Virus record (IMG/VR): IMGVR_UViG_3300042474_001076
Coordinates: 24,142-88,141 of that record
DNA: 64,000 nucleotides
Source of the DNA: a virus
Lineage: Duplodnaviria > Caudoviricetes
Reading direction: 5' to 3' (one strand)
A program made the translations under genes and the position numbers. The notes beneath the pieces are model-generated. The model did not search any database and was not told the origin of the DNA. It saw only the letters and a program-made list of their open reading frames with translations. Positions 38,947 through 49,350 of the stretch are shown in pieces. Every line of letters starts with the position of its first letter. Within the stretch, counting starts at the first letter, position 1.

Positions 38947-41900
38947 ATGCCAAAATCATATAGAATACGAACTACTCCTGGTAGTGAAAAAACTATCAAC
39001 ATTCAATTGGAACAGGACTTTGAGTTTTTAGAGATATTATCTTTAAAAATCAATCAAGGCGAAATCTATAATAGAATGTGCTCCGATTATGGGGTAGTTG
39101 TTGGTAGAGTTATTGTTAATAATGGATTTGGAGTTCCAAACGCTAGAGTATCTGTTTTTATTCCTATTAGTGATTTAGATTTAGAAAATCCAATAATTTC
39201 TGAATTATATCCTTATAAAACAATTTCTGACATAAATGAAGATGGATATAGATATAACTTATTACCAAAAGAACCATCATATAATGGACACTCATCAACG
39301 GGAAATTTCCCAACAAAAAATGAAATTCTTACAGATCAATCATATGTTGAGGTATACGATAAATACTATAAATTTTCAGTAAGAACAAATGAAAGTGGTG
39401 ATTACATGATATTTGGAGTACCAACAGGTACTCAAACAATATTAATGGACGTTGATTTATCTGATATTGGATGTTTTTCGTTATCACCACAAGATTTAAT
39501 AGACATTGGTGTTGCGGTAGAGTCACAAGTTAATGGTTCTAGATTTAAAACATCAACAAATTTAAATGAATTACCGCAAATTGTTAGTTTAAATAAAATT
39601 ATTGAGGTATCACCATTATGGGGTGAACCTGAAATTTGTTTATTAGGAATAACTAGATCTGACTTTGATTTGACGGCAAATCTAAATATTAATATACAAC
39701 CAACAGCAGTATTTATGGGGTCATTAATTTCGACTACAAACGATGATGCGGTTAGAGTTAGTTGTACACCAAGAAATAATACAGGAAATTTATGTGAATT
39801 AGTTTCAGGTCCTGGAGAAATAGTAACAATTAGGCAAACTATTGGAGTTGACCAACTTGGTCGACCAATTCTTGAACCTTATGCGTTAGTTGAAGGTGGT
39901 AAGGTTATTGATTCAGACGGTACATTTTTAGTAAATGTTCCAATGAATTTAAATTATATTATAACCAATGAATTTGGGGAACAAGTTTTATCTAATGATC
40001 CTAATAAAGGTCTACCAACAAAAGGAAAATATAGATTTAAATTTAAATGGCAAAATGAACAAGGTTTACAAAACCCATTTCAAAGAGGACATTTTCTTGT
40101 TCCAAATATTAAAGAACACGGATGGATAACGCCATCAATTGACCCATTGATAAATTACCCAACTACATTACATACAATTATAATACCAAATGGTACGGTT
40201 ACTTTTACATATCCTCTAAATAACACATCAACAGGTGGATTAGCTTTAGATAATAAAATTAACGTTGAAAGTTTTACAATTTTATTAAATGGTGTCCTAT
40301 ATTTTGGTGATTTAGAAAGTATTCCAATTACCGTTATTCCTACAATTTTAACAATAAATGTTGTTCCTATAAATCCCGGCACTCTAACCCAATTTAATTA
40401 TACGTTTTATCAACAACCAACTTTTGATGCTTTAAGATCTTATGCTTTTAGTGTGGACTGGAATGATTATGGTGATAATACGACTACCACAGGTCAACAA
40501 ATGATACAAGAGGCGATAGACTGTGAAGATAAGTTTTATGAATTTAATTATAATAAAGTTTATACCACCTCAATGTTTTTGGATAGGTATAAAAGAGGAG
40601 CTGGCAGAGCAAGACATTTAGGGATTAAAGAAATTGACGACAGAAGTTGTAAGTCTACAACTAACACATTTCCAGTTAATGATATAATTAAAAATTTTGA
40701 CCCTTTATTTTTTACGTTTAATATAATACTTAATATATTAGCAATACCACTTATAATCATATTATGGTTGATGCATTTTATTGCATTTATTTGGCCTGTT
40801 TTAAAATATTTATTAATTGTTTTAGGACTTTATTTTGCTTATGAAGCGATATCAGATGGGATTCAATTAACAAATTGGATTATTTCATCGACTTCCACTG
40901 TTGCTGTTCCTGGAGGACCTGTATTTAGTGCAGGTGACATATTACAAATTGCTTTGTATTATACAAAACTTCTTTTTAAACTAGCCTTATCTTTATCTTT
41001 TGTTGCGTTTACCATAATTTATTTAATAAAAATAACGGATTTCCCAAGACTTGGATTACCAATGATGTCTTATCCAGAATGTACAAGTTGTGATTGTGAT
41101 TGCGGAAACGCAGAAATTGATGATGATATTGATGCCAACTCTGTTAATGCTGATATTGCGGCACAACAAAGTGGGTTAGATGATTCTGGTTTAGAATATG
41201 CGCAGTCAACATCATTTATTGCTCCTATAAATTTATCGGGGTCATATAACGTAATGCACCCAAATTTTGAAAACTATCCAGAGGAAGACGCGGATGCAAA
41301 TTCTAAGGGATATTTTTATTGTCCAACAAGTATTGGATTGGGTTTAGGACTGGCCCAATATAAATCATTAATAAATAGAGTTGTTGATCAACAGATAGAT
41401 GGTGATGTTGTTTTATCTGCGGTAATTGATTTTAGAAGATTATTTTCAGGTACTGATATAATAACAACAGGAACTACAGATTTTAATAAATACCACGCAC
41501 CACAACCATTCTTATTTGCTGCTGAAGAAAGTGGTGGATCTGATGAAAGATGGTTTGGGTATCCAACAAAAGAAACCTACCCACAAAAATTAAATGAGTT
41601 TAACACTAGAGATAAATATTTTGATACTACTGGTCCCGGTGGAGGACCAAATATAATAACCACTACGGTAAACCCTCAGTTGAGTGTTGCCCCATATAAT
41701 TTAGGGACTCAACAATCATTTACAGATCAAATTATTGTTGTTTTAGCAAATGCCGGAACAGCACAAACTTTAGGAATAGGAGAACTTGTGACATTTCAGA
41801 GTCCTCTATTTAACAATGGACAACTAATCCCAAGAAACATAAATTTAACTGGTGCAACAACAAATATATTTGGTAATAACTCGGTAACAGGAACAACAAT

Positions 41901-44640
41901 ATTATCTGCAGCACCAAATACTACATCTAATGTTGTTCCAATTTCAAACACTATTACATATGCTAACCCAACCAACCCAAGTATGCCACTTTTTTCAACT
42001 ATCAACATACTTCAAACTGGTGACACAATAACTGATATAAATAAAGATGATTATTTAAAATATCCAACAGATGTGGAGTATTTTCAAGTAATAACAGGAA
42101 TTTCCATTTCTAATTTTAATTTATTAGATAATACTACAAATCCAAATTTATTTCCAAAAAAATATTTAAGACACGAAATTCAATATGTTATTGCTGATCC
42201 TTGTGATTTAACTTATTTCTTGCCGGTTCCTCCATACGTATTTCCTAGTTTTAATAACTCCAGCCCTATTATCCCACCAACTTTTGTTAACGGACAAACC
42301 TATAATAATGATAGTGGAATACCTTCGATACAGGCAAATAATTTTGATTGTCTCGCTTCATTATCTAATTCAGCAAATTATGAGGTGTTAATGTTTGTTA
42401 GAGGTGTTGATCCACATACCGAAAAACAAACAATAGAATATGATATATCAAAAATATTAGGATATACAACACCACAAGCAAATTTAAAAATAAGAGGTAA
42501 ATATTATTTAAATCAACCAATAAAACCTGTTGGTCAAACACCATTGACACATAATACACCAACAAATACGTTCACCAATTTATATTTTCCTTCATTTACT
42601 TTTACAATAAATCCTAGTAATTATACAGGTTTCACGTCTACATTACCGTATTACTATTTATCAACAGATGAGACATCGTCAAACACATATGTTCCAGTAT
42701 CAGGATTCCAACAAAAACAAGCTTTAGATATAAATCTTTATTTATTATCACCAATTAGTAATTTTACTTTACCTAGATTTCAAACAGACTATATAGGTGG
42801 AGGTCCTTTTATTGCTGCGTCTTTTAGTTATTCTTATTTTACAAATGGTGTTTTTTTAGGGTCAGTGTCGAATAAGACAGACTATGGTTGGCCAACTAAT
42901 AATCTAAACGATCATTTTGCGTTATATTCTCCAGCTTATTTTACAGACCCTTCCTTGTTAGGTGTTAATTTTAATAATTCAAATAGAATTGTTATGAGAA
43001 GTGACAGATTACCTACATCCACTTGTATTGATCCCGCGCCTGGAAATAGAACTGGATATGCTTTACACCAAAACAATAAGTTCTGTTATTATAAAACTGA
43101 CGGTGTTGGTGGTCAAAACACAAGTAATTTTGCTAGTATTTATGATGTTTCTGAACTTTTAGATCAATATAGTGGTAATACTGGATTAACTCAAACACTT
43201 ACTTGTGATGGATTGGTTGCTTTAGATTGTTATTCGGGTAGTGGTACTAATGTGGGGGTAATCCCCGCTAACCAATGTTCTATTCCTGAAAATAGAGTAA
43301 CTAAAGGTTGTTATTGTTTATTAAATAAAGATAATAGTGATAATAATAAACATTATTATTTAATAAGAGATGCGTTTAGAGATGATCGTAGATTGTTTAT
43401 GGAATGGAAAACAAGATTTACATTAGTATTTGCTCTGTGTAGAGGAGTTTTTGCTCAAACTTTTCAAAATAATTGGATAAATGGTACATTATACATGCCA
43501 ACTTTTAACAAAAGATCAATATATCCAACAAGCAACCTTACTAATATAACAACACCTAATTATGTCTATTGTAAAGATATTGTTGTTTATAATAATAACA
43601 GTAATAATTTCTATTATAGAAGTTCTCCTTGGAGTGATAACAATCAAGAATTTATTGGAAAAGAAATACCACAACCACCAAATTGGTTAACATTAAATTT
43701 TAAACCAGGGTATAATGATAAAAATATAATGTTCCCAACCACAATATTAGATATGGGACCAAGAGATTCATATATAAGTGAAATTTGTAATGACCCTAAT
43801 TTTAAAGGGTATATGGCCGACCAGTTCAGATCAACAAGTTACAATGAAAATGGTGATATTATACAAATAGGATTTTTATCAAGAATACTAAACGCTAATT
43901 TTAGACAAGCACTAATACCTATTAGTACTGGTGGAAATGATAGTGAAGGAAAGGGTCTTATTCAGTTTTTCAATAGCAGTCGTGGTGGAGATAGAATTGA
44001 TGGTGATTTTGCTCAATCATTATCTATCAATTCAGAACATAAAATTAATTCATTTATAGACGAAAACTATGGTAATTTGGATATATTTATTGGCGATGAT
44101 GGACAGTCTCCTTCACCAAGTAAACCTGTTTTTGGTGTATTTTATAGATCATCCACAATTGAATATTATTACAGAAGACAATTAACACCTGGTATTGAAA
44201 TTTATAACATTTCACCTTTATTACAAGATGCTTATGGTTATCCAAAAACTCAAGAAGTACCGCATTATAAATGGATTTTACAACCATCTAGTGTAATTTT
44301 TGGGTCGGAATCTAATAATTGGTGGACAAACCCCAATCAAAGTGGTGGGGTTGGATTTTTTAAGAAAGGATATCAAGATTTAGATTATAGTGTTGATCCT
44401 TATTTTTCAACACCTTCATTAATACCTGGAAATTCTTTACCACTATTACCCCAAGGGTTTATAACTAATTTTAATGCGTCAACAGGACTTCCGTCACCAA
44501 TAATACCTGGTCAACCCCTTGCGGTAAACGGTAATCTTTATTTGGTTGGAGCACCTAGTCACTTTTATTTTGGTTTAAATAACGGAAAAACTGCGATGAA
44601 TAGATTTATAAAAAAATATGTTAATTTTACTGAGATATAA
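38947..44640 (+). CDS. Giant putative virion/baseplate-associated protein (1897 aa) with internal multi-helix hydrophobic segment
   Basis: N-terminal carboxypeptidase-regulatory-like beta motif (GVVVGRV...GVPNARVSVF...TNESGDYMIFGVPTG); long hydrophobic stretch near 40700-41030; follows gp6. Confidence 0.55.
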   Translation: MPKSYRIRTTPGSEKTINIQLEQDFEFLEILSLKINQGEIYNRMCSDYGVVVGRVIVNNGFGVPNARVSVFIPISDLDLENPIISELYPYKTISDINEDGYRYNLLPKEPSYNGHSSTGNFPTKNEILTDQSYVEVYDKYYKFSVRTNESGDYMIFGVPTGTQTILMDVDLSDIGCFSLSPQDLIDIGVAVESQVNGSRFKTSTNLNELPQIVSLNKIIEVSPLWGEPEICLLGITRSDFDLTANLNINIQPTAVFMGSLISTTNDDAVRVSCTPRNNTGNLCELVSGPGEIVTIRQTIGVDQLGRPILEPYALVEGGKVIDSDGTFLVNVPMNLNYIITNEFGEQVLSNDPNKGLPTKGKYRFKFKWQNEQGLQNPFQRGHFLVPNIKEHGWITPSIDPLINYPTTLHTIIIPNGTVTFTYPLNNTSTGGLALDNKINVESFTILLNGVLYFGDLESIPITVIPTILTINVVPINPGTLTQFNYTFYQQPTFDALRSYAFSVDWNDYGDNTTTTGQQMIQEAIDCEDKFYEFNYNKVYTTSMFLDRYKRGAGRARHLGIKEIDDRSCKSTTNTFPVNDIIKNFDPLFFTFNIILNILAIPLIIILWLMHFIAFIWPVLKYLLIVLGLYFAYEAISDGIQLTNWIISSTSTVAVPGGPVFSAGDILQIALYYTKLLFKLALSLSFVAFTIIYLIKITDFPRLGLPMMSYPECTSCDCDCGNAEIDDDIDANSVNADIAAQQSGLDDSGLEYAQSTSFIAPINLSGSYNVMHPNFENYPEEDADANSKGYFYCPTSIGLGLGLAQYKSLINRVVDQQIDGDVVLSAVIDFRRLFSGTDIITTGTTDFNKYHAPQPFLFAAEESGGSDERWFGYPTKETYPQKLNEFNTRDKYFDTTGPGGGPNIITTTVNPQLSVAPYNLGTQQSFTDQIIVVLANAGTAQTLGIGELVTFQSPLFNNGQLIPRNINLTGATTNIFGNNSVTGTTILSAAPNTTSNVVPISNTITYANPTNPSMPLFSTINILQTGDTITDINKDDYLKYPTDVEYFQVITGISISNFNLLDNTTNPNLFPKKYLRHEIQYVIADPCDLTYFLPVPPYVFPSFNNSSPIIPPTFVNGQTYNNDSGIPSIQANNFDCLASLSNSANYEVLMFVRGVDPHTEKQTIEYDISKILGYTTPQANLKIRGKYYLNQPIKPVGQTPLTHNTPTNTFTNLYFPSFTFTINPSNYTGFTSTLPYYYLSTDETSSNTYVPVSGFQQKQALDINLYLLSPISNFTLPRFQTDYIGGGPFIAASFSYSYFTNGVFLGSVSNKTDYGWPTNNLNDHFALYSPAYFTDPSLLGVNFNNSNRIVMRSDRLPTSTCIDPAPGNRTGYALHQNNKFCYYKTDGVGGQNTSNFASIYDVSELLDQYSGNTGLTQTLTCDGLVALDCYSGSGTNVGVIPANQCSIPENRVTKGCYCLLNKDNSDNNKHYYLIRDAFRDDRRLFMEWKTRFTLVFALCRGVFAQTFQNNWINGTLYMPTFNKRSIYPTSNLTNITTPNYVYCKDIVVYNNNSNNFYYRSSPWSDNNQEFIGKEIPQPPNWLTLNFKPGYNDKNIMFPTTILDMGPRDSYISEICNDPNFKGYMADQFRSTSYNENGDIIQIGFLSRILNANFRQALIPISTGGNDSEGKGLIQFFNSSRGGDRIDGDFAQSLSINSEHKINSFIDENYGNLDIFIGDDGQSPSPSKPVFGVFYRSSTIEYYYRRQLTPGIEIYNISPLLQDAYGYPKTQEVPHYKWILQPSSVIFGSESNNWWTNPNQSGGVGFFKKGYQDLDYSVDPYFSTPSLIPGNSLPLLPQGFITNFNASTGLPSPIIPGQPLAVNGNLYLVGAPSHFYFGLNNGKTAMNRFIKKYVNFTEI

Positions 44641-46409
44641 TGGGAGTAAATGATACAACAAAAATAGTTTTAGGTTCGTTAAGATATAAATCTTCACCAA
44701 ATTCCGTATTATCGGTAAATGTTGATTTAAATCAAAATGAAAAAGAAATTATTGAATTTGATAGAAATGTAGATTTAGGTTTACAACAAGTTTTTATTGA
44801 TGAAAGAGAATCAAGTACAATTTTTAGACCTGTAACAAAATATTCTATTATTTTTAAAAATGAGTATATAGGATCAACAAATTACGACCCATTTAAAAAC
44901 AATTTATATTACACTAACTCTATTGAAAATACTTTATTAACATTTCCTGGAGGAAACCAACCACCAGCAATTCCTGTACCAAATGTTCCTTGGGACGGTC
45001 TTCCACAATACTTTGAATTTGATTTTATTAGAACGGATAATAATGTTGGTGGATATACTTCACCTCCAAATAACCATATTAATTTTGTGAATAAAAGTGC
45101 TAGTACATATAATTGGACACATTATGTTAGTTATGGATATAAAAATAACTATACTAAACAAATGTATGCTATTGATACAGAAACAACAGCAAGTTGGGTT
45201 TGGATGGTTTCAGATGGAATTCCATTTATAATTAATGTTGGTAATAATAATTTTGGACCAAACATTGAATTTAGATGTCCTATGAAACATGGGTTAAATG
45301 TTGGTGAGTTTGTAAAATTATCTTTAACATACAATGGAACTAATATATTTCAAATTAATAGTTTAGGGGACGGTGGTTTTGGTAGTGAAGAATTTATATT
45401 TAACATTTATAATATTGGTTATGTTGGTACAACATTTAATAACGGAAATACAGGAACATTTAAAAGAGTAATAAATAAAAGTAATGAAATTGAAACTACT
45501 TCAGAATATTATGTTAGGGTTCATAAAATATTAACAAATTCTGAAGACGCTGTAATGGTTAAAGCTGGGTTTGAACAAAATATATATAACGCAAAAAGTA
45601 AATTTGAAAATGCGGTGTTAACACCAAACAATCTTTCAAGAACATCAATTTTAGAAGGAAGTCAGTCTTATTCATTATCCTTTAATGTTGATATAGATAT
45701 TAACCCTTTAAGAGATAATCAAAATAGACCAGTAAGTGAATTATTTTTTACAACTATATGGAAAGGGTATTTTGGGTGGACAAAAAAGTTAAAAGAAGGT
45801 TGGGATTTTAATTTATATTTAAATAACTCACTACCAAATCCTTGGTGGGATGTTTCCAATCCTTTATCGGAGACTTCAATTTTAACTAACACTTATAATA
45901 GTCTAACAACACCAATAGTGGGACCGTTTTTATACAATGAAAATCTTAAATCTGAAGATTTAATTGATGGTGATCATTGTGAATGGAATGATTATGAACA
46001 AACTGAAAGAGTAATATCTAAATACAACCATAAAATAACTTACAATCAAGCTTATTTTAGTTTGAATACTAATGCCCCACAAAATAATCAATTTGGGTAT
46101 TTTTATAAACCACATGACCCAATTGTTTTAAGAAAATATTCATCATATGTTGAAGAGGGTGATCCATTAAAGGTAACTAACATTCCTGACTATTCATTTT
46201 ACTCCAATTTATCAAATAGTTTTAGATGGAGAGATTTATATCCGTATGGTTTTATTGATAATGATGGAGTGGGGGTTGATTATCCATTTATAAATGGTAA
46301 ACATTATCCCTTTGTAAATACGATTTTTAGAATAATACCTGAAGGAAGTAATGTTGGAGTTCAGAACATAAACGTAATAGCACCACCAACTACAGATGAT
46401 TGTGAATAA
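44640..46409 (+). CDS. Putative structural protein
   Basis: Stop/start overlap with the upstream gene; contains an HGL..GE.V beta-module; in the baseplate/fibre cluster. Confidence 0.5.
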   Translation: MGVNDTTKIVLGSLRYKSSPNSVLSVNVDLNQNEKEIIEFDRNVDLGLQQVFIDERESSTIFRPVTKYSIIFKNEYIGSTNYDPFKNNLYYTNSIENTLLTFPGGNQPPAIPVPNVPWDGLPQYFEFDFIRTDNNVGGYTSPPNNHINFVNKSASTYNWTHYVSYGYKNNYTKQMYAIDTETTASWVWMVSDGIPFIINVGNNNFGPNIEFRCPMKHGLNVGEFVKLSLTYNGTNIFQINSLGDGGFGSEEFIFNIYNIGYVGTTFNNGNTGTFKRVINKSNEIETTSEYYVRVHKILTNSEDAVMVKAGFEQNIYNAKSKFENAVLTPNNLSRTSILEGSQSYSLSFNVDIDINPLRDNQNRPVSELFFTTIWKGYFGWTKKLKEGWDFNLYLNNSLPNPWWDVSNPLSETSILTNTYNSLTTPIVGPFLYNENLKSEDLIDGDHCEWNDYEQTERVISKYNHKITYNQAYFSLNTNAPQNNQFGYFYKPHDPIVLRKYSSYVEEGDPLKVTNIPDYSFYSNLSNSFRWRDLYPYGFIDNDGVGVDYPFINGKHYPFVNTIFRIIPEGSNVGVQNINVIAPPTTDDCE

Positions 46410-47217
46410 ATATAAAATAGTTTTACCTGAAAATAATCAGTATTTAAATATTCCATTAGAAATGAATTGGGATTTTCTTGGTAGAGACGATAGTATTGAT
46501 GAATATCAAGAAAAAATGGTTAAAGAAGTTATTGGGGGGGTAAATGATTTTGAGGTCTCAAGATTTTCTCACAATGAATATGTTGATAATTTAAATTTAA
46601 TGAAAACAAATATAAATTATGAATTTTATTTTTATGACAATGTTTTACCAATAACATCGCCGTTAATAAATAATACAAATTGGAATAATAGTTATTTAGA
46701 TGAAGGGTTTACTGTAGACGAAATTTATTTTTACCAAAAACCTTTTACTAAATCATTTTTTAAATTGGATTTATATGACACTACCGATGAAAAAACTCAA
46801 AATCTTTATTTATCAATAATATTACCTGTACAACAAGGGTTTACTCAACCGGTAACACTATCCTCATTATTATCAAATGTTGATATTAAAATACCAAAGT
46901 TTAGTTTAGATTTTATTGGAGATAAGGAAGGTTTTCATTTATATTGGTTAAGAAAACAAGATTATATTAATATTTCTGATTTTTATATGGGAGCTAAATT
47001 TTTTGATGCAAGATTGGGGGTTTACGTTAAAATGACAAATACTTCACAACCAAACATCGGAAATAAATTTACTTTTAATCCAAATGATTATTTTTATTAT
47101 AAACTTAAGTTAGATTACACAAATAAAACTTATGAAGTTTATGCAACTTCAAATTTAACACAAAGAGTTGGGATAGACGGATTTCCAATTCAATGGTATG
47201 AATATGTAAACCCTTAA
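46396..47217 (+). CDS. Putative structural protein
   Basis: Aromatic-rich ORF overlapping its upstream neighbour in the structural operon. Confidence 0.5.
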   Translation: MIVNKYKIVLPENNQYLNIPLEMNWDFLGRDDSIDEYQEKMVKEVIGGVNDFEVSRFSHNEYVDNLNLMKTNINYEFYFYDNVLPITSPLINNTNWNNSYLDEGFTVDEIYFYQKPFTKSFFKLDLYDTTDEKTQNLYLSIILPVQQGFTQPVTLSSLLSNVDIKIPKFSLDFIGDKEGFHLYWLRKQDYINISDFYMGAKFFDARLGVYVKMTNTSQPNIGNKFTFNPNDYFYYKLKLDYTNKTYEVYATSNLTQRVGIDGFPIQWYEYVNP

Positions 47218-47218
47218 T

Positions 47219-48391
47219 ATGGAAGAACAAAAATATTATTTTAAAATATCTCCCGAAAATATTAAGAGGGACATCGTTGGTATTACCTACTTAGGTGATA
47301 CTGAATACTCTTATTTTACTGATCCGTGTTGTTCAATTACTTCAGTAACCCCAACAACATTAACTGGATTTACTGGTGTGTACTCAGGTATGTCACAAAT
47401 ATTGTCAGGAGGAACAAATGGATATTCATTATTAACTCAACTATCGGTACCAATTCTATTAACAGAAGTGGCTACAGATATTGGTTATTACTCTATATTT
47501 GACGGAGCAATAATACAAAAAGAAGTTATTACTAACTTTTTATTTTCCGCAACAACAGGTAATCCATATACTTTTTACTTCTATAATACTTCAGACATTG
47601 AATTCAAAAAGTTTTTATCCGTATCAACTTATACTGTTGATTGGGGGGATGGATCCCCAATTCAAACAGTAACTTCACCAATTCAATATACCCATGTTTA
47701 TCCTGTTGTTAATCAAACATACACAATTACCCTTAAATCTATATCACCATGGGGAATATCAATCATAACAAAAACTGTTACCGTTCCATTTACTAATGTG
47801 ATTATTTTTAATCCTAATGGAGTTGCAACATTCACCCCTGCGGGAGGTAGTTGGGCAAATACATCATTTAATTATGATTATATTTTTACTGGTGATTCAA
47901 ATACTAACATAAATGATTACATAAGTTCAAACTATACCACTGTACCATTTATTATAACAGGATATACACAATCAAATGTAAATGATTTAACATCATATGG
48001 TCCAACATATAATTTATACGGAGGTAAATTTAAAATAGGGATACAAGTTACCGGAACATCAGAATCTGTTGGAACTTATTGGGGTCCGGATCCAACAAAC
48101 ACATATACTGCATATACAATTAATGATATTCTTTACTATGATTATAATGATGGTACCACATTATACATTATTGATTCATCAGGATTTACACAAAACGATT
48201 TAATTTTATCTGCAATAACAAAAAATGAAGCGTTACTTAATGTAATTGACCAACCAGAAATACAAACTGATGTCTATATTGAGAGAGGTAAAAATTCGGG
48301 ATTAGAAAGTATTGAAAGACTTGGAGAAGTTGATAATGTGGGAGATTTAGAAAAATATGGATATGGATTTTTTAATGTTGAAAAACAATGA
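47219..48391 (+). CDS. Putative structural protein with PKD/Ig-like domain
   Basis: YTVDWGDGS...YTHVY....YTITL PKD signature; very dense in [ST]-[GA]-x-T motifs. Confidence 0.6.
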   Translation: MEEQKYYFKISPENIKRDIVGITYLGDTEYSYFTDPCCSITSVTPTTLTGFTGVYSGMSQILSGGTNGYSLLTQLSVPILLTEVATDIGYYSIFDGAIIQKEVITNFLFSATTGNPYTFYFYNTSDIEFKKFLSVSTYTVDWGDGSPIQTVTSPIQYTHVYPVVNQTYTITLKSISPWGISIITKTVTVPFTNVIIFNPNGVATFTPAGGSWANTSFNYDYIFTGDSNTNINDYISSNYTTVPFIITGYTQSNVNDLTSYGPTYNLYGGKFKIGIQVTGTSESVGTYWGPDPTNTYTAYTINDILYYDYNDGTTLYIIDSSGFTQNDLILSAITKNEALLNVIDQPEIQTDVYIERGKNSGLESIERLGEVDNVGDLEKYGYGFFNVEKQ

Positions 48392-48441
48392 TTTTAAGTA
48401 TTTATATTTAAACAATAAACAAATTTTAAAAACTAATAATT

Positions 48442-49350
48442 GTGGCTACAGGTAATTACGGAACAATAAGAAGCTCGGATGTAAGCCCTGATGACGTAGA
48501 AATAATTTTAAATTATACACCATCAAGAGACGAAACAGACAATTTTGTATTAACAAAATTAAACGCGAGTGCGATATTGAGACCATATTTTCATAACGGA
48601 ACTACTGGTGGTAATAATAATGTTGAAATACTTGGGGGATTATATAATTTAAAATTACCCACAGATCAATTCAATCAACTTGGTATATATACGTTATATA
48701 TAAGACCAGCAGAAATAAGAACTAAAATTTTAGATTGTGGAATATTGTCCGCTTTACCCAATGTTAAAGGTATTGTTGTTGATATAAATAATGTTCCTTC
48801 TAACTTTAAAAATAAATTTATTAATCAAGGTTTAGTTGGTTTTAGGGTTGAATATTTAAATTCTGATGGGACTAAAATTCCTAATTTTTTTAGAATTATA
48901 ACCTCATCATTCTATTGTGAACCTGTTGTTGAAAATTTAACGAATACAAGTCAAAAGTCTATTAGATATAGGTATGTTGAATCATCAACAAATTTAATAT
49001 TTTGTACTTTATCTCCATCGTCATCTCCAACAAATAAACCAAATGCAACCCCATTTATTGGACAACCGGATCAAAATATAATAATATCTAACACATACTT
49101 TAATCCAACAACAGTTGAAATTGAAATTGTTGAACACGATATTTCAACACTAGCAATTGCGTTATATGGTAATCAAACTAAATCTATGGATGATGGTATA
49201 TATACCATATATGACAGTAACAACAATATTTATAAACAATACAATCTTTATGAAATTAGAGATCAATTTAATAACTTATTATATGAGGTAAGACAAGATA
49301 GGGGTATTAATATTGATTTTAGTAAAAACTTCTCAAATATAACTTCATAA
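48442..49350 (+). CDS. Putative structural (baseplate) protein
   Basis: GTG start with TATTTAT motif upstream; coupled to the next gene. Confidence 0.5.
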   Translation: MATGNYGTIRSSDVSPDDVEIILNYTPSRDETDNFVLTKLNASAILRPYFHNGTTGGNNNVEILGGLYNLKLPTDQFNQLGIYTLYIRPAEIRTKILDCGILSALPNVKGIVVDINNVPSNFKNKFINQGLVGFRVEYLNSDGTKIPNFFRIITSSFYCEPVVENLTNTSQKSIRYRYVESSTNLIFCTLSPSSSPTNKPNATPFIGQPDQNIIISNTYFNPTTVEIEIVEHDISTLAIALYGNQTKSMDDGIYTIYDSNNNIYKQYNLYEIRDQFNNLLYEVRQDRGINIDFSKNFSNITS

